Shown one piece after another: positions 9,770 to 20,832 of a stretch of DNA of 21,855 nucleotides. Position numbers and translations under genes: made by a program. The stretch is from Octopus sinensis (Eukaryota), in assembly GCF_006345805.1 (NCBI RefSeq), contig NW_021823702.1, positions 1-21,855 on the forward strand, read 5' to 3'. A model generated the notes under the pieces. That model saw nothing but the letters and a program-made list of their open reading frames with translations. It did not search any database and had not been told where the DNA came from. The stretch's first letter is position 1. Each line of letters opens with the position of its first letter.

Positions 9770-10600
9770 GAAATTGTTATGATCCTTTGGACGAAAACTG
9801 ATAAGGATTTAGCTACATTCCATAAGTGTGTTTTCCGTTTGTTCCTCTATATAATTTTTGAACTTATTTATTGTAACGCCACACTCATTCTTATTTTTTA
9901 ACCATTCAGTGAAGATATATTTTTGTGCGATGTCTATTTCTCTGTCCTTTTCACTTATTATCTTGTACTTTTGCCCTTTCTCCCCTTCCCTCTCTGCCTA
10001 CTACTATTTGTTATTTCCTTTCGCTACCACGTTACCTGTAGTCACCCTCACCTCCCTTCTCCATTTCGTGTTTATGTCTGATTGCCAAGGCGACCAGTCG
10101 TATTTCTCTTGTCTTCCACTTTCAACACGGTTTGTTGTTTCACTGCTGTTCCATTCGTTTCCAGTCCTTTAAAACACTTTTTCTGGCGTTACCCATATAT
10201 TTATCTCGTGTTTGAGCCACTTGGCCCTATTTTGATTGTATAATGTGTATTTATTTCATTTTGTTAGTATGTTCATTTTGTCGTGTTTCGTTTCGGTTCT
10301 ATTTCTTGTCCGTTTGCTATTCGCCTCATGTTGAGCTGCAAGTACTTATTTTATATTATTTTGTTTGTGTAATGTAAATTCATTTAATTTCTGTTTGTAT
10401 GTTCGCATTCTGTCGTATTTGGTCCCTTGTTTGTTTGCTCGCTGTTTCCCAGCGGCTTCGCGTGGTTGACGCCAGTTAAGGGGAACAATACTATCGATAA
10501 AGGTGTGAAATTGTTATGATCATTTGAACGATAGTGAAGAAGATTTAGCGACATTTTGTGTATATTTTCCGTTTGTTGTTCTATATAATTTTTGAGCATG
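9770..10600. repeat. Unclassified ~830-bp segment bounded by ~90-bp direct repeats
   Basis: 9770-9861 and 10507-10595 align (GAAATTGTTATGATC..GATTTAGC.ACATT..TTTTCCGTTTGTT..TCTATATAATTTTTGA), roughly 80% identical by eye. Interior is T-rich and A-poor on the plus strand. Confidence 0.7.
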
Positions 10601-10644
10601 TTATTTAATTTAACACAACGCATGTTCTAAATTTGTAACCATTG

Positions 10645-10810
10645 TGTATATGTTTGTGTGTGCACGTACGTGTGTGTGTTTGTGTATGTATGTACATACA
10701 TAATTATACGAACATATATGTTTATATATACATACACACACACATATATATATATATACATATATATGTTTATATGATATGAATAAATGTGTGGTTGCGT
10801 GTTTGCGTGT
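10645..10810. repeat. Degenerate (TG)/(TA)/(CA) microsatellite
   Basis: Directly visible. Confidence 0.85.
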
Positions 10811-12023
10811 CTCTGTTGTTTTGAAGGAGTATGTTCGTTCATGTAAACATGAAAATATTACTGAATACGATGCGAATAAACGAATATGGGAGTAAGGGCT
10901 TAGAAATATTTGAATTTCTCTACCTTTTCAGAAGAGATAACTGATTGAACTTTCACAATTTATTCGTAATAACCGAAATCTCAAAAGAATCTACGCAATA
11001 TTATTCTCATGTTACCTAGTATCTCATGTTACTATTTTGTCAAGATGCATCAAGTCTTTGAAAAATAAATATATTTCTATATCAATTGTAAAAAATTTTG
11101 AGAAAAATATATATATATTTTTTTTTAAATTACAATTTTGAACATTCTGGGTTTCGTGAACCTCTTAAATCGCAATATGGAGCTCATATGTTGTAACAAA
11201 CTCAAGATTTCTTATTCAACGAATAATCATTAAAATTCAAAATGGTAACTATCTATTTACATTATACTACATTGTAATGGTTGGTTTTCAAAAAGAAAAA
11301 AAAAATCATCTACTGTAACCGTTCCTGGCTCATCATTGTTAAGATTCATAGTCTATACATATCTGCATTAATTTAACATATTCTCTGCTTACCTTCATCT
11401 TACATGCAACGTTTTCTCCTTTCGACTATATCCCTCGCTAACCTTTCTCTTTACCCCAACATGCTTTCTCTTTCTCTTTTCCTTCCTTCTTCTCATCTTA
11501 CCTACCCACCTTACGAGGGATGTATGAAAAGCCTCAAAAAACAAAATAAAACATGGTACAAGACTTCTGATGAAGGTACAAGACTTCAAGGCTCAAAGGT
11601 CTCAAAACTTTTCCTACACCTCTGATATATCACACGCTCTCTTGCCTTTATGAGGCCATATATGATTCTTTCATTTCTTCTCAAGCCACCAAATAAGAAA
11701 AATACGTTTTTCAATATTTTTTCAGTACATTAATGGGAAATGAATATATATTTAGATTGATGAATAAATAGATTGTTTGTTTTCTAAGAAAGAACCACAC
11801 AGTGCTTTTAATGAAGGAACAAAATGCTAGATTGCAGGTTGAAGTTGTCGGTGACATGTAGGACGTTACTTCGGTAGCTATAAAGGCCCAGAATGTTGCA
11901 TTTCAGGAAAAGAACTGGACTTTATTTCGAACTTTCATATAATAATCTCTCTCTCTCTTCTCCACACACACAAATACATATATGAATATCTAATAGATAT
12001 TTTGGTATACATTTTGCTATATG

Positions 12024-12033
12024 TATGAATATA

Positions 12034-12066
<33 letters not shown>

Positions 12067-12152
12067 CACACACACACACCACACGCACACACACACACCA
12101 CACGCACACACACACACCTACGTACATACATACACATACATACATACATACA

Positions 12153-12188
<36 letters not shown>

Positions 12189-12200
12189 TATTATATATAT
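12024..12200. repeat. (CA)n-(CATA)n-(TA)n compound microsatellite
   Basis: Directly visible. Confidence 0.95.
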
Positions 12201-12735
12201 GTATAGTAAAGTCTATTTGCCAACAGAATGTGGCAGTCCTACACAAGACGATCTTACTACTGGGTACCGATATACAGTTTGTGTCCGTGTAGTATGAGCA
12301 AGGGAGGTTATAGTTCCCATCTCTAGGCTTCGTAATACTCACAGACCTAGGTTTCTGAGTTGTTTCCTGTCTTCGGTGTGAGATAATCGCAGGCAAGTGA
12401 TGAGGGCTTATTCGACTTGCTCATACTATATATTTTTTAAGCGACACACAGTCGCTGATCTCGTAAAGAGATAAAACTAGTTTTAAATCTCTGAGCAAGA
12501 GATATGCAGTAACAGTCCCGAACGGTAAAGTTTATTTGACAACAGAATGCGGCAATCGGAGTCAACAAGTAGGGGTACGACTGGACATTTATACCATAAT
12601 ATACCGTAACTATATGTGTGTATTTGTGAGTGTGTATTGATGTATGTGTGTGTATTTATGTGTGTGTATGTGTTTAAATGTAGTTTGAATACCAGTGTTA
12701 TTACTGCTATGTATTGAGGTATAATAGTACAATGG

Positions 12736-12915
12736 CTTCAAATTTTGGCACAGGGCCAGCAGGTTTTGAAGGGAGAGGAAATCGATTACGTTGATCCCAC
12801 TGCTCACTTAGTATTTATCTTATCGACTCTTTTGAATTATGAAAAGTAAAATCGACGAATTTTGAACACCGAACGAAATGCCGCAAAGTATTTTGTCCGG
12901 CGTGCCAACGGTTCT
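12736..12915 (-). mobile_element. Degenerate SINE family A copy (tail 2b)
   Basis: CTTCAAATTTTGGCACAGGGCCAGC tail, ATCGATTACGTTGATCCC, GAAATGCCGCAAAGTATTTTGTCCGGCGTGCCAACG. Confidence 0.8.
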
Positions 12916-13353
12916 TTCCTACTCTAGGCACAAGGCCTAGATATTTTATGGAGGAGGCCAATGGATTAGATCGACCCCAGTACGTAATCGGCGAGCTGGC
13001 AGAAACGTTAGCGCGCCATGCGAAATGCTTAGCGGTATTTCGTCTGTCACAACGTTCTGAGTTCAAATTCCGCCAAGGTCGACTTTGCCATTCATCCTTT
13101 CGGGGTCGATAAATTAAGTACCAGTTACGCACTGGGGTCGATGTAATCGACTTAATACCTATGTCTGTCCTTGTTTGTCCCCTCTATGTTTAGCCCCTTG
13201 TGGGTAATAAAGAAATAGGTACTTAATTTATCGACCCCGAAAGGATGAAAGGCATAGTCGACCTCGGCGGAATTTGAACTCAGAACGTAAAAACAGACGA
13301 AATGCCGTTAAGTATTTCGTCCGGCGTGCCAACGGTTCTACCAGTTTACAGCC
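12916..13353 (-). mobile_element. SINE family A copy (tail 2a) split by a nested insertion: 12916-12988 plus 13218-13353
   Basis: GACCCCAGTACGTAA | GGTACTTAATTTATCGACCCCGAAAGG rejoins into the continuous consensus when 12989-13217 is removed. Confidence 0.85.
12989..13217 (+). mobile_element. Full-length young SINE family A copy (tail 1), nested antisense
   Basis: Complete head, B-box and tail-1 sequence ending AATAAAGAAATA. Confidence 0.95.
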
Positions 13354-14563
13354 TTATATTAAAGGTATAATGGAACAAATAGCTGACAAGTATAGCTGAA
13401 ATTTTCCAGAATAGCTTAAATATTCAAACGACAGCGAAAAGAAAGCAGAAGGCAAAAAAATTTCTCTGCACTTAAACATACAAAATAGATGCATTATTTG
13501 TGATTCTGGGGCCGTCGACTGACATTTGATTTATAGTTAGATATTAAGAAACTGAATGACCCAAAATGTATTCACTTACACACATACACACGCATATTCA
13601 TACATACTTACTTATACACACACACACATGCATTTCGAAAGAAAAGAGAGAAAGAAAGAGACTAAGCACTGGCATTAGAATCTATTAAATATCTGAGTCT
13701 GGTTAGAAAATGCATGATGGAACATATGGAAACACCAGATTAGAATATATAACGTTACCTTATAAAATAAATCTTATGTTTTATTAATAATGTAACATTT
13801 TGACCCAAAATTTTAATTATAGTTTATGAACAATGAATTTTTTTTTAAGATACATCATAAATTGTGCCAACTTTTGCAATTTGTATCTTCTCTGTTTAAA
13901 ATCAATTCAATTTGTAACTTAATTGAAAACTGTCTTTTTTACGCCAAGTTGAGAGGTTAACTCAATAGATTAAATTTACTCACTAAATTCATCTCCACAC
14001 AACTACGTTTTCATTAATAATTCCACAATTTATTGCCGTTTTGAAAGCCATTCATTTTTTTTTCCTCATCTCAATTTTCTGTTTAGCTTTGATTATGCTC
14101 ACAAATTAATAATCGTAAAGAGTAGATGCTGCAGACTAAGACATAAATGGTTGACTAATAAATCTAGTGGTATGGTTTCTAATCTCATACATAACCATTC
14201 TATATCGCTTTTCTTTTTCTTCCATGTTAAAAATATGACCGCATCCTCGACTACGCCATTTAATTTATTTAGAAAACACTCATTTATCAACAGGCTACAC
14301 CATTAGCCAACTCAACAGGTTTCTTGTTCAAGTCTCTCAAGCTTGTAATACGACGAACTCTCTGCCTAAGAAATAGCTTGCACAATACTAGTCACTATGC
14401 AAGCTTTTTCGAAAAATCATCATTCATACAGTTCCGAAGCTCTGCAATAAACATACCCTGTAATCAACTCTCCTCAGATCTACAGATCTTTAATCCTTTA
14501 ATGACAGCGTTTCCATTAACAGAAATTTAAGAGCGTTGTAATAAATCATCGCAAAATGTAATT

Positions 14564-14723
14564 AATCCTTTCTATTATAGGCACAAGGACTGACATTTTG
14601 GGGGAGGGGGCTACTCCTCGACTCCAGTGTTCAACTGGTACTCAATTTATCGATCTCGAAATATGAAATGCAAAGTCGACCTCGGTGGAATTTGAACTCA
14701 GAACGTAGCGACGGGCGAAATAC
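14564..14723 (-). mobile_element. 5'-truncated SINE family A copy (tail 2a)
   Basis: Tail CCTTTCTATTATAGGCACAAGG..., with body through GAAATAC. Confidence 0.9.
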
Positions 14724-14724
14724 G

Positions 14725-14955
14725 TATTTCTTTACTACCCACAAGGGGCTAAACACAGAGGGAACAAACAAGGACAGACAAACGGATTAAGTCGATTATA
14801 TCGACCCCAGTGCGTAACTGGTACTTATTTACTCGATCTCGAAAGGATGAAATGCAAAGTCGACCTCGGCGGAATTTGAACTCAGAACGTAGCGGCAGAC
14901 GAAATACTGCAAAGCATTTCGCCCGGTGTGCTAACGATTCTGCCAGCTCGCCGCC
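14725..14955 (-). mobile_element. Full-length SINE family A copy (tail 1)
   Basis: TATTTCTTTACTACCCACAAGGGGCTAAAC through CTGCCAGCTCGCCGCC. Confidence 0.95.
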
Positions 14956-15357
14956 TTAATGTAATTAAATAATAAAAACAAAGTACGTGATTTCTATGCA
15001 TCTCATCTTTTTCCTAACAATATCTTAATTTCAAATAAAAATACCTAATCCCACAATGTATTACAGAAAAATGATTATGTTCCTTGTAATAATTGAGTTA
15101 ACTCTTTAACGTATTCAAACCATTAAATAACGGGACCCAATGAGGGAGATTTTACACAGTCACTCACTCTGCTACACATAGCGATTAACTCCCATCTCAA
15201 GTCACATTATACTGTTATTAAAAACATGAAAGACACATGGAAAAATATAATCTGAGAAAACTTTTATCTGAATAGCAAAGAACTATCGTGACATGAATGG
15301 TTTTGATCCATCCATGGGTCTGGCAAGGGCTGACCTGGGACTAAACATCATATAGTC

Positions 15358-15482
15358 GGACGGTTGGCAGTATCGGATAAAATGTGTTACGACATTTGTC
15401 AAGGCTGTCTGTGTTCAAGTTCCACGGAAGTCAAAGTTGTCTTTCATCGTTTGGGTCGGCAAATAACGTACCTGTTCAGTGC
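15358..15482 (+). mobile_element. Very degenerate SINE family A fragment
   Basis: TTGGCAG...GTTCAAGTTCCACGGAAGTC...CTTTCATCGTTTGGGTCG...AAATAACGTACC colinear with the consensus. Confidence 0.55.
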
Positions 15483-15640
15483 TGCCACAGCATTCTCTCT
15501 CTCTCTCTCTTGTAGTCACAACCTGAACACTTCGTTGGATCAAGTTCACACAGTACATAGTGCCGTCATCCACTTGCGAATGACGGGTGTAGTTCTTAAT
15601 AATTATGTAATCACTATATTACATAACTGAGATATTCCTA

Positions 15641-15785
15641 GGCGCGTGTCCTACCTGTCAGTTAACTTGGTTCTCCATTCATAGGCTCATAGATTCGATT
15701 CTTGGTCCGAGAGGTGTGTTGCGTTCTTTCGCGACGTACTTTACTTGACGTTACATGTATCCATTCAGCTGGTAAAAATGAATAT
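15641..15785 (+). mobile_element. Degenerate SINE family B copy
   Basis: ATTCGATTCTTGGTCCG...GTGTTGCGTTCTT...ACTTTACTTGAC aligns with 1919-1975. Confidence 0.45.
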
Positions 15786-15901
15786 TGAGACTGACAGAGC
15801 GCACGGTCAGCGTCAAATTAGCATGGCTAACGAGTCAATGGTTGTACATCTAGCAACGAAATGCTACATACCCCAGCTCTCTCTCTGCACTTGCTCACTC
15901 A

Positions 15902-16038
<137 letters not shown>

Positions 16039-16416
16039 TCTCTCGATCATAAATCTTTGACGCCTTTCTGCTTTTACAACTGCTTCTGCTTTTCTGAATG
16101 AAGCATGCTGTGTATTGCAACTCTGAAATCATACGATACTTCCGTTTCCTATCCTCCCGGCATATTATTATGTGTAATCCGGTGTTTTTCAACATTTTCC
16201 CTCCACATCTCACTTTGATTACTCTCCAAACCCAACAAATAAATATCTCAACAACAGCAGCAACAACAAGACAACATTAACGTGTGCCTAATCAGGATTA
16301 GACAAATTGTATATTCAAAAGAGGTTTTAATGAAAAATGTATTGCAAGTATTATCCCTATGTCACTTACTTAACAGCCACATTCTAAAGTAACTCTCGCC
16401 TCATGAAAATATATGG

Positions 16417-16797
16417 CTTCAGATTTTTGCACAAGGCCAGTAATTTCAGGGGTGGAGGTAAGTCGATTACATCAATCCTAGCGGTGAGCTGGCAGAAACG
16501 TTAGCACACCGGGCGAAATGCCTAGCGGTATTTCGTCTGCCGCTGCGTTCTGAGTTCAAATTCCGCCGAGGTCGACTTTGCCTTTCATCCTTTCGGTGTC
16601 GATTAAATAAGTACCAGTTACGCACTGGAGTCGATATAATCGACTTGATCCGTTTGTCTGTCCTTGTTTGTCCTATCTGTGTTTAGCCCCCTGTGGATAG
16701 TAAAGAAATAGATTACATCAATCCTAGTACTCAACTTACTTATTTTATCACCGCCGAAAGGATGATAGACAAAGTCGACTTCAGCAAAATTTGGACA
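16417..16797 (-). mobile_element. Older SINE family A copy (tail 2b) split by a nested insertion: 16417-16481 plus 16711-16797
   Basis: Host sequence resumes after a perfect 17-bp duplication GATTACATCAATCCTAG. Confidence 0.85.
16482..16710 (+). mobile_element. Full-length young SINE family A copy (tail 1), nested antisense, with 17-bp TSD
   Basis: TSD GATTACATCAATCCTAG at 16465-16481 and 16711-16727. Confidence 0.95.
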
Positions 16798-16969
16798 TGC
16801 GACATTTAGATATCAACAAGCTCCAACATGAGAAACTGTGGTCTAGGCCCCGAAAATCACCAAATTTTATCTCTACGCAGAACCGTTTATAGAAGAGGGG
16901 AAGAAAGCAAACTAGCCTTCATAACATTCGTAATTATACATACACAGACACGCACATGTACATACATAG

Positions 16970-17378
16970 GTAGAGGCGTGGTTGAGTGGTAAGAAGTTTG
17001 CTTTCCTACCACATGGTTCCGGGTTCAGTCCCACTTGGCTCCTTGGGCAAGTGCCTTCTACTATAGTCTCAGGTCAACTAAATCTTTGTGTGTAGATTTG
17101 GCAGACAGAACGGAAAGAAGACCGTTGTGTGTGTGTGTGTGTGTGTATATGTCTCTGTGTGCGCGTGTGTAGCAGTGTTTGTTCCGCACCACCGCTTGAC
17201 AACCAGTGTTGGTGCGTTTACGTCCCAAGTTGGGCAAAAAGGGACCAGTTAAACATGTACCAGGCTTTAAAAAAAAAAAAAAAACAAGTCGTAGGGTCGA
17301 TTGATTCATTCGACTAGAAATTCTCCACGGCAGTGCTACAGCATGGCCGTAGTCTAATGACTGAAACAAATAAAAGAT
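16970..17378 (+). mobile_element. tRNA-derived SINE family C (CORE-like), near full length, with internal (TG)n
   Basis: A-box TGGTTGAGTGG (16979-16989), B-box GGTTCAGTCCC (17022-17032), CORE-like CCTTGGGCAAGTG. Colinear with 555-935. Confidence 0.85.
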
Positions 17379-17524
17379 ACATAGTTGAGGTTTACGCACG
17401 TGTTGGAATGTAACGCGATTTACTGCGCGTCTCACAGACAAAGTATAAGATTGTATACAACAAATTAGATTTTCCTGGATATTAACAAGTGTACGTTCTG
17501 TGGACAGCGTGGAGTAAGAAAGCT

Positions 17525-17769
17525 GGCGGTGAGCTGTCAGAAACGTTAGCACACCGGGCGAAATACTTAGCGGTATTTCGTCTGCCGCTACGTTCTGAGT
17601 TCAAATTCCGCCGAGGTCGACTTTGCCTTTCATCCTTTCGGGTCGATCCTTTATCGGTCGATAAATTAAGTACTAGTTACGCACTGGGGTCGTTTACATC
17701 GACTTAATCCGTTTGTGTGTCCTTGTTAGTCCCCTCTATGTTTAGCCCCTTTTAGGCAATAAAGAAATA
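17525..17769 (+). mobile_element. Full-length young SINE family A copy (tail 1) with 13-bp TSD
   Basis: TSD TAAGAAAGCTGGC at 17515-17527 and 17768-17780. Short internal imperfect duplication near 17640-17670. Confidence 0.95.
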
Positions 17770-17940
17770 AGAAAGCTGGCACATTACTACAAAGCTGAAA
17801 TGGACCAGGGTGCTTCACCAGCTGTTACAGCCACATGTTACCCTCTTTGGTCAAAAGTAGATGACATGTGGCATACACATAACTACAGTAGTAATAAAAA
17901 CGCTATCGTAAAGTAGTAGACGATGAGGATAGCTTACAGC

Positions 17941-18213
17941 AACGACGACGACGACGATGATGATGACGATGACGACAACGACGACGATGATGATGATGAT
18001 GACGACGACGATAAGGATGTTGATGATGATGATGATGACTATGACGATGATGACGACGATGATGATGATAATGATGATGATGATGACGACGATGATGATG
18101 AGGATGATGATGATGATGACGACAATGACGTTGATAATGACGACGATGATGATGATGATTATGAAGATGATGATGATGATGATGATGGAGATGGTGATTA
18201 TGATGATGATGAC

Positions 18214-18253
<40 letters not shown>

Positions 18254-18303
18254 GTGATGATAATGATGGTGATGATAATGACGGTGATGATGATGATGAA
18301 AGT
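17941..18303 (+). repeat. (GAY)n trinucleotide tract, about 120 triplets, in-frame poly-Asp on the plus strand
   Basis: Directly visible GAT/GAC repeat with single-base variants. Confidence 0.95.
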
Positions 18304-18363
18304 GATGTTACTACCGCTGTTACTGTTGTTACAAAATATAAAGAAACGTAAGTTAAATTCATT

Positions 18364-18364
<1 letters not shown>

Positions 18365-18416
<52 letters not shown>

Positions 18417-18426
18417 CACACACACA
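18365..18426. repeat. (CA)n microsatellite
   Basis: Directly visible. Confidence 0.97.
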
Positions 18427-18942
18427 TGCAAAGAGAACGACAATAAAAAAGACTAAATATTTGTTTTAATACGGCATATGGCCATAGTGGTAATGGCAGA
18501 GGTGATGATGGGGAGGGGTACACAAAATGAGTTGATTATTACAACGAGGTGTAAAAAGGAAATTAAGACAGATCATAGTGAGGTCTGCTCACAGAGACAG
18601 ATCATAGTAACTTTGTGGTGGCAGCATGGTGGCTGGTGTTGATCACAGTTGTTTTCAAATTTGTTTATGCTTCACCAAAGAGATTTTTTTTTTGTTTTTT
18701 TGTTTTTTTTTTTGCTTTTTTTTTTTACAGTTGGAATAACAAAATGTTTCAATAAACCAATTGTGAAAGTTAAACAGAATCTTTGGGAAGTGAAATATGT
18801 CTGTTGTGTGACAGCGTCTATTTCAATCACATTTTGGAATCTGTCAATATTGATTAACAAGTCAATGGAGACTGCCACCGACTGTCAGCAAAACTGGTTT
18901 TGTTGCCAGCTGGAAAAAGAAAAACAAAAACAGCAAAAATCT

Positions 18943-19207
18943 CATCGTCGTGGTGGTTGTAGTCGTGTCATCCTCCTCTTCTCCCTCCTTCTCAACGTTA
19001 TTATCATCGTCGTTGACATTCATCTTCATCATCATCATCATCGTCATTGTCGTCGTCGTTGAAGTCGTCATCGTCATCACCTTTCTCTTTCTCCTTCTCC
19101 TTCTCCTCCTCCATCATCATCCTCCTCCTCCTCCTCCATCATCATCATCTTAATCTTTATCATCATCTTCGTCGTCATTTTATCATCATCATCATCGCCG
19201 TCGCCGC

Positions 19208-19240
<33 letters not shown>

Positions 19241-19335
19241 CATCATCAACAACAACAACACCAATAACTATCGACAGTACGTTAACAACATGAACGACAA
19301 TACCATTAACAACGACAACAACAACAACAACAACA
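18943..19335. repeat. Compound trinucleotide field (CAT/CGT/CCT/CAA)n
   Basis: Directly visible. Confidence 0.92.
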
Positions 19336-20620
19336 GAAGGAACCACAAAAAACTAAATAGATAAAATAGCAATAAAAACAAAAAAAAAAACCCTTTTTCT
19401 AACTTGAAAAGATATCTGTTATTCTAGTGTCGCTGCTTGATTCTGCCTCTCTGTCTAACTAACTAATTTCTTCCGTTTGTCACTCTCTGATGAGATACTG
19501 CCACGGGAATTTCCCCGCTTCCATGGCAGAAAGTAATAAATAGCCGGATATCGAGAAGATAGGATTTTAAATGAGGCATAAGCGTTTCCTACCCGTTCAT
19601 CTTTTCTGGTGCGCATTTCGTTGGCGTTCATTTTCTCATTATTCATTTGTCTACCCTTCGCTTCCACCCACACTTTTATTCATCAGTTTATTTATCTATT
19701 TATTTGTGTTTAATGCTTTCTTTATACTTCATTTAGCTTATTCCTTTTTATTTTATTTTATTTGTTATTCTTTTTTTTGCATCATCTCTTCCGACCTTGC
19801 TGTAAATCTTACCATATATATCCATACACACACCACAAGCGCACAGTAGACGCATAAACACGTCATCGCTGAATAGCCAATGCTGATTCATCTTCGGCTA
19901 TACTATTGACGTCATTCAAACTCGTGGTAACTACAGTCTTCACAATTCTAATATCCTAGTGTGTCCACTATAAAATCTTATATTCTCCCCAACCTCAACA
20001 ACGTCGGACCAAAGTTATAGGACTTAATCTTTGGCATCCCTAGTTAATTTCCATCTAGCACTTTCAAAAAAGTGCCTATGCTTCGGATTAAAACAAACAC
20101 AAAATAGCTAAACGGTGATGAAAACATAAAACCGAGGGCTAGGTCACACCAACACTCGGTTATTTCTCAATGTACGTCATTTTGAGGAGAATTTATGTAA
20201 GTGCGTGTCCGTCGATCAGGAACGACTGGGAGAAAAAGTACTCAATACAAAGGTAAAATGCAATTGTGTAATTGTTTATTTTAGCCGGTTCACTAACCAG
20301 TTACTCGAGAGTTTTCCCGGCATATAACTGCTGATTCAGAAAAATCAAGAATTCAAATTATGTGGAGCAGCTCGCCTCATCACTCTGGTGGCAAAAGCAG
20401 TGTGAAAAAATTAGTATGAAAAAAAATAGGGCATATGTGAATTACTTAACAAATATACATACGCCATTGGTTTGGGTAAGTATACGGCATGTAACCACAA
20501 TAAGTAGAATTGAAAACAGAGGGTGATAGAAAAGTAAAAGAAAAAGAAAAAAGAGATGGAAAAATGAGAGAGGGAACCAGTGTGTGTCTGCCAGCTCGCC
20601 GCCTTCGCCATATACAAATA

Positions 20621-20832
20621 CTGACTTCAAATTTTGGCACAATCCCAGCAGTTTGGGGGGAGGGGATAAGTTGATTACATCGACCCAAATACTCAACTGA
20701 TACTTATTTTATGGATCCTGAAATAATGAAAGGTAAAGTCGACCTCGGAAGAATTTCAACTCGGAACGTATAGGCGGACGAAATGTCGCTAAGCAATTTT
20801 TCCGCGGCTAACGATTCTGCCAACTCGCTGCC
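20621..20832 (-). mobile_element. SINE family A copy, older (tail 2b), with 13-bp TSD core CCATATACAAATA
   Basis: Full colinear body. CCATATACAAATA at 20608-20620 and 20836-20848. Confidence 0.9.

Noticed and set aside
11555-11588. GGTACAAGACTTC direct repeat around TGATGAA
   Set aside because: Only two units: a simple 20-bp tandem duplication, not a CRISPR array or ribozyme.
12206-12297. FN3-like peptide DLTTGYRYTVCVRV
   Set aside because: Too short, stops immediately, starts in a microsatellite and has no splice context.
14300-14500. Apparent 91-nt minus-strand intron with downstream peptide QRVRRITSLRDLNKKPVELANGVAC*
   Set aside because: The upstream exon has a stop in the required phase, and the peptide is unrecognised.
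19487-19535. CTGATGA followed by a CTGCCA/TGGCAG stem and GAAA
   Set aside because: Four extra bases lie between the core and stem II, and there are no stems I or III, so it is not a hammerhead.
19455-19673. 72-aa minus ORF in non-repetitive sequence
   Set aside because: No recognisable domain, no supporting splice sites, and a length expected by chance.
20115-20190. C-box-like GTGATGA with a small hairpin (possible C/D snoRNA)
   Set aside because: No CTGA D-box at a suitable distance and no terminal stem.
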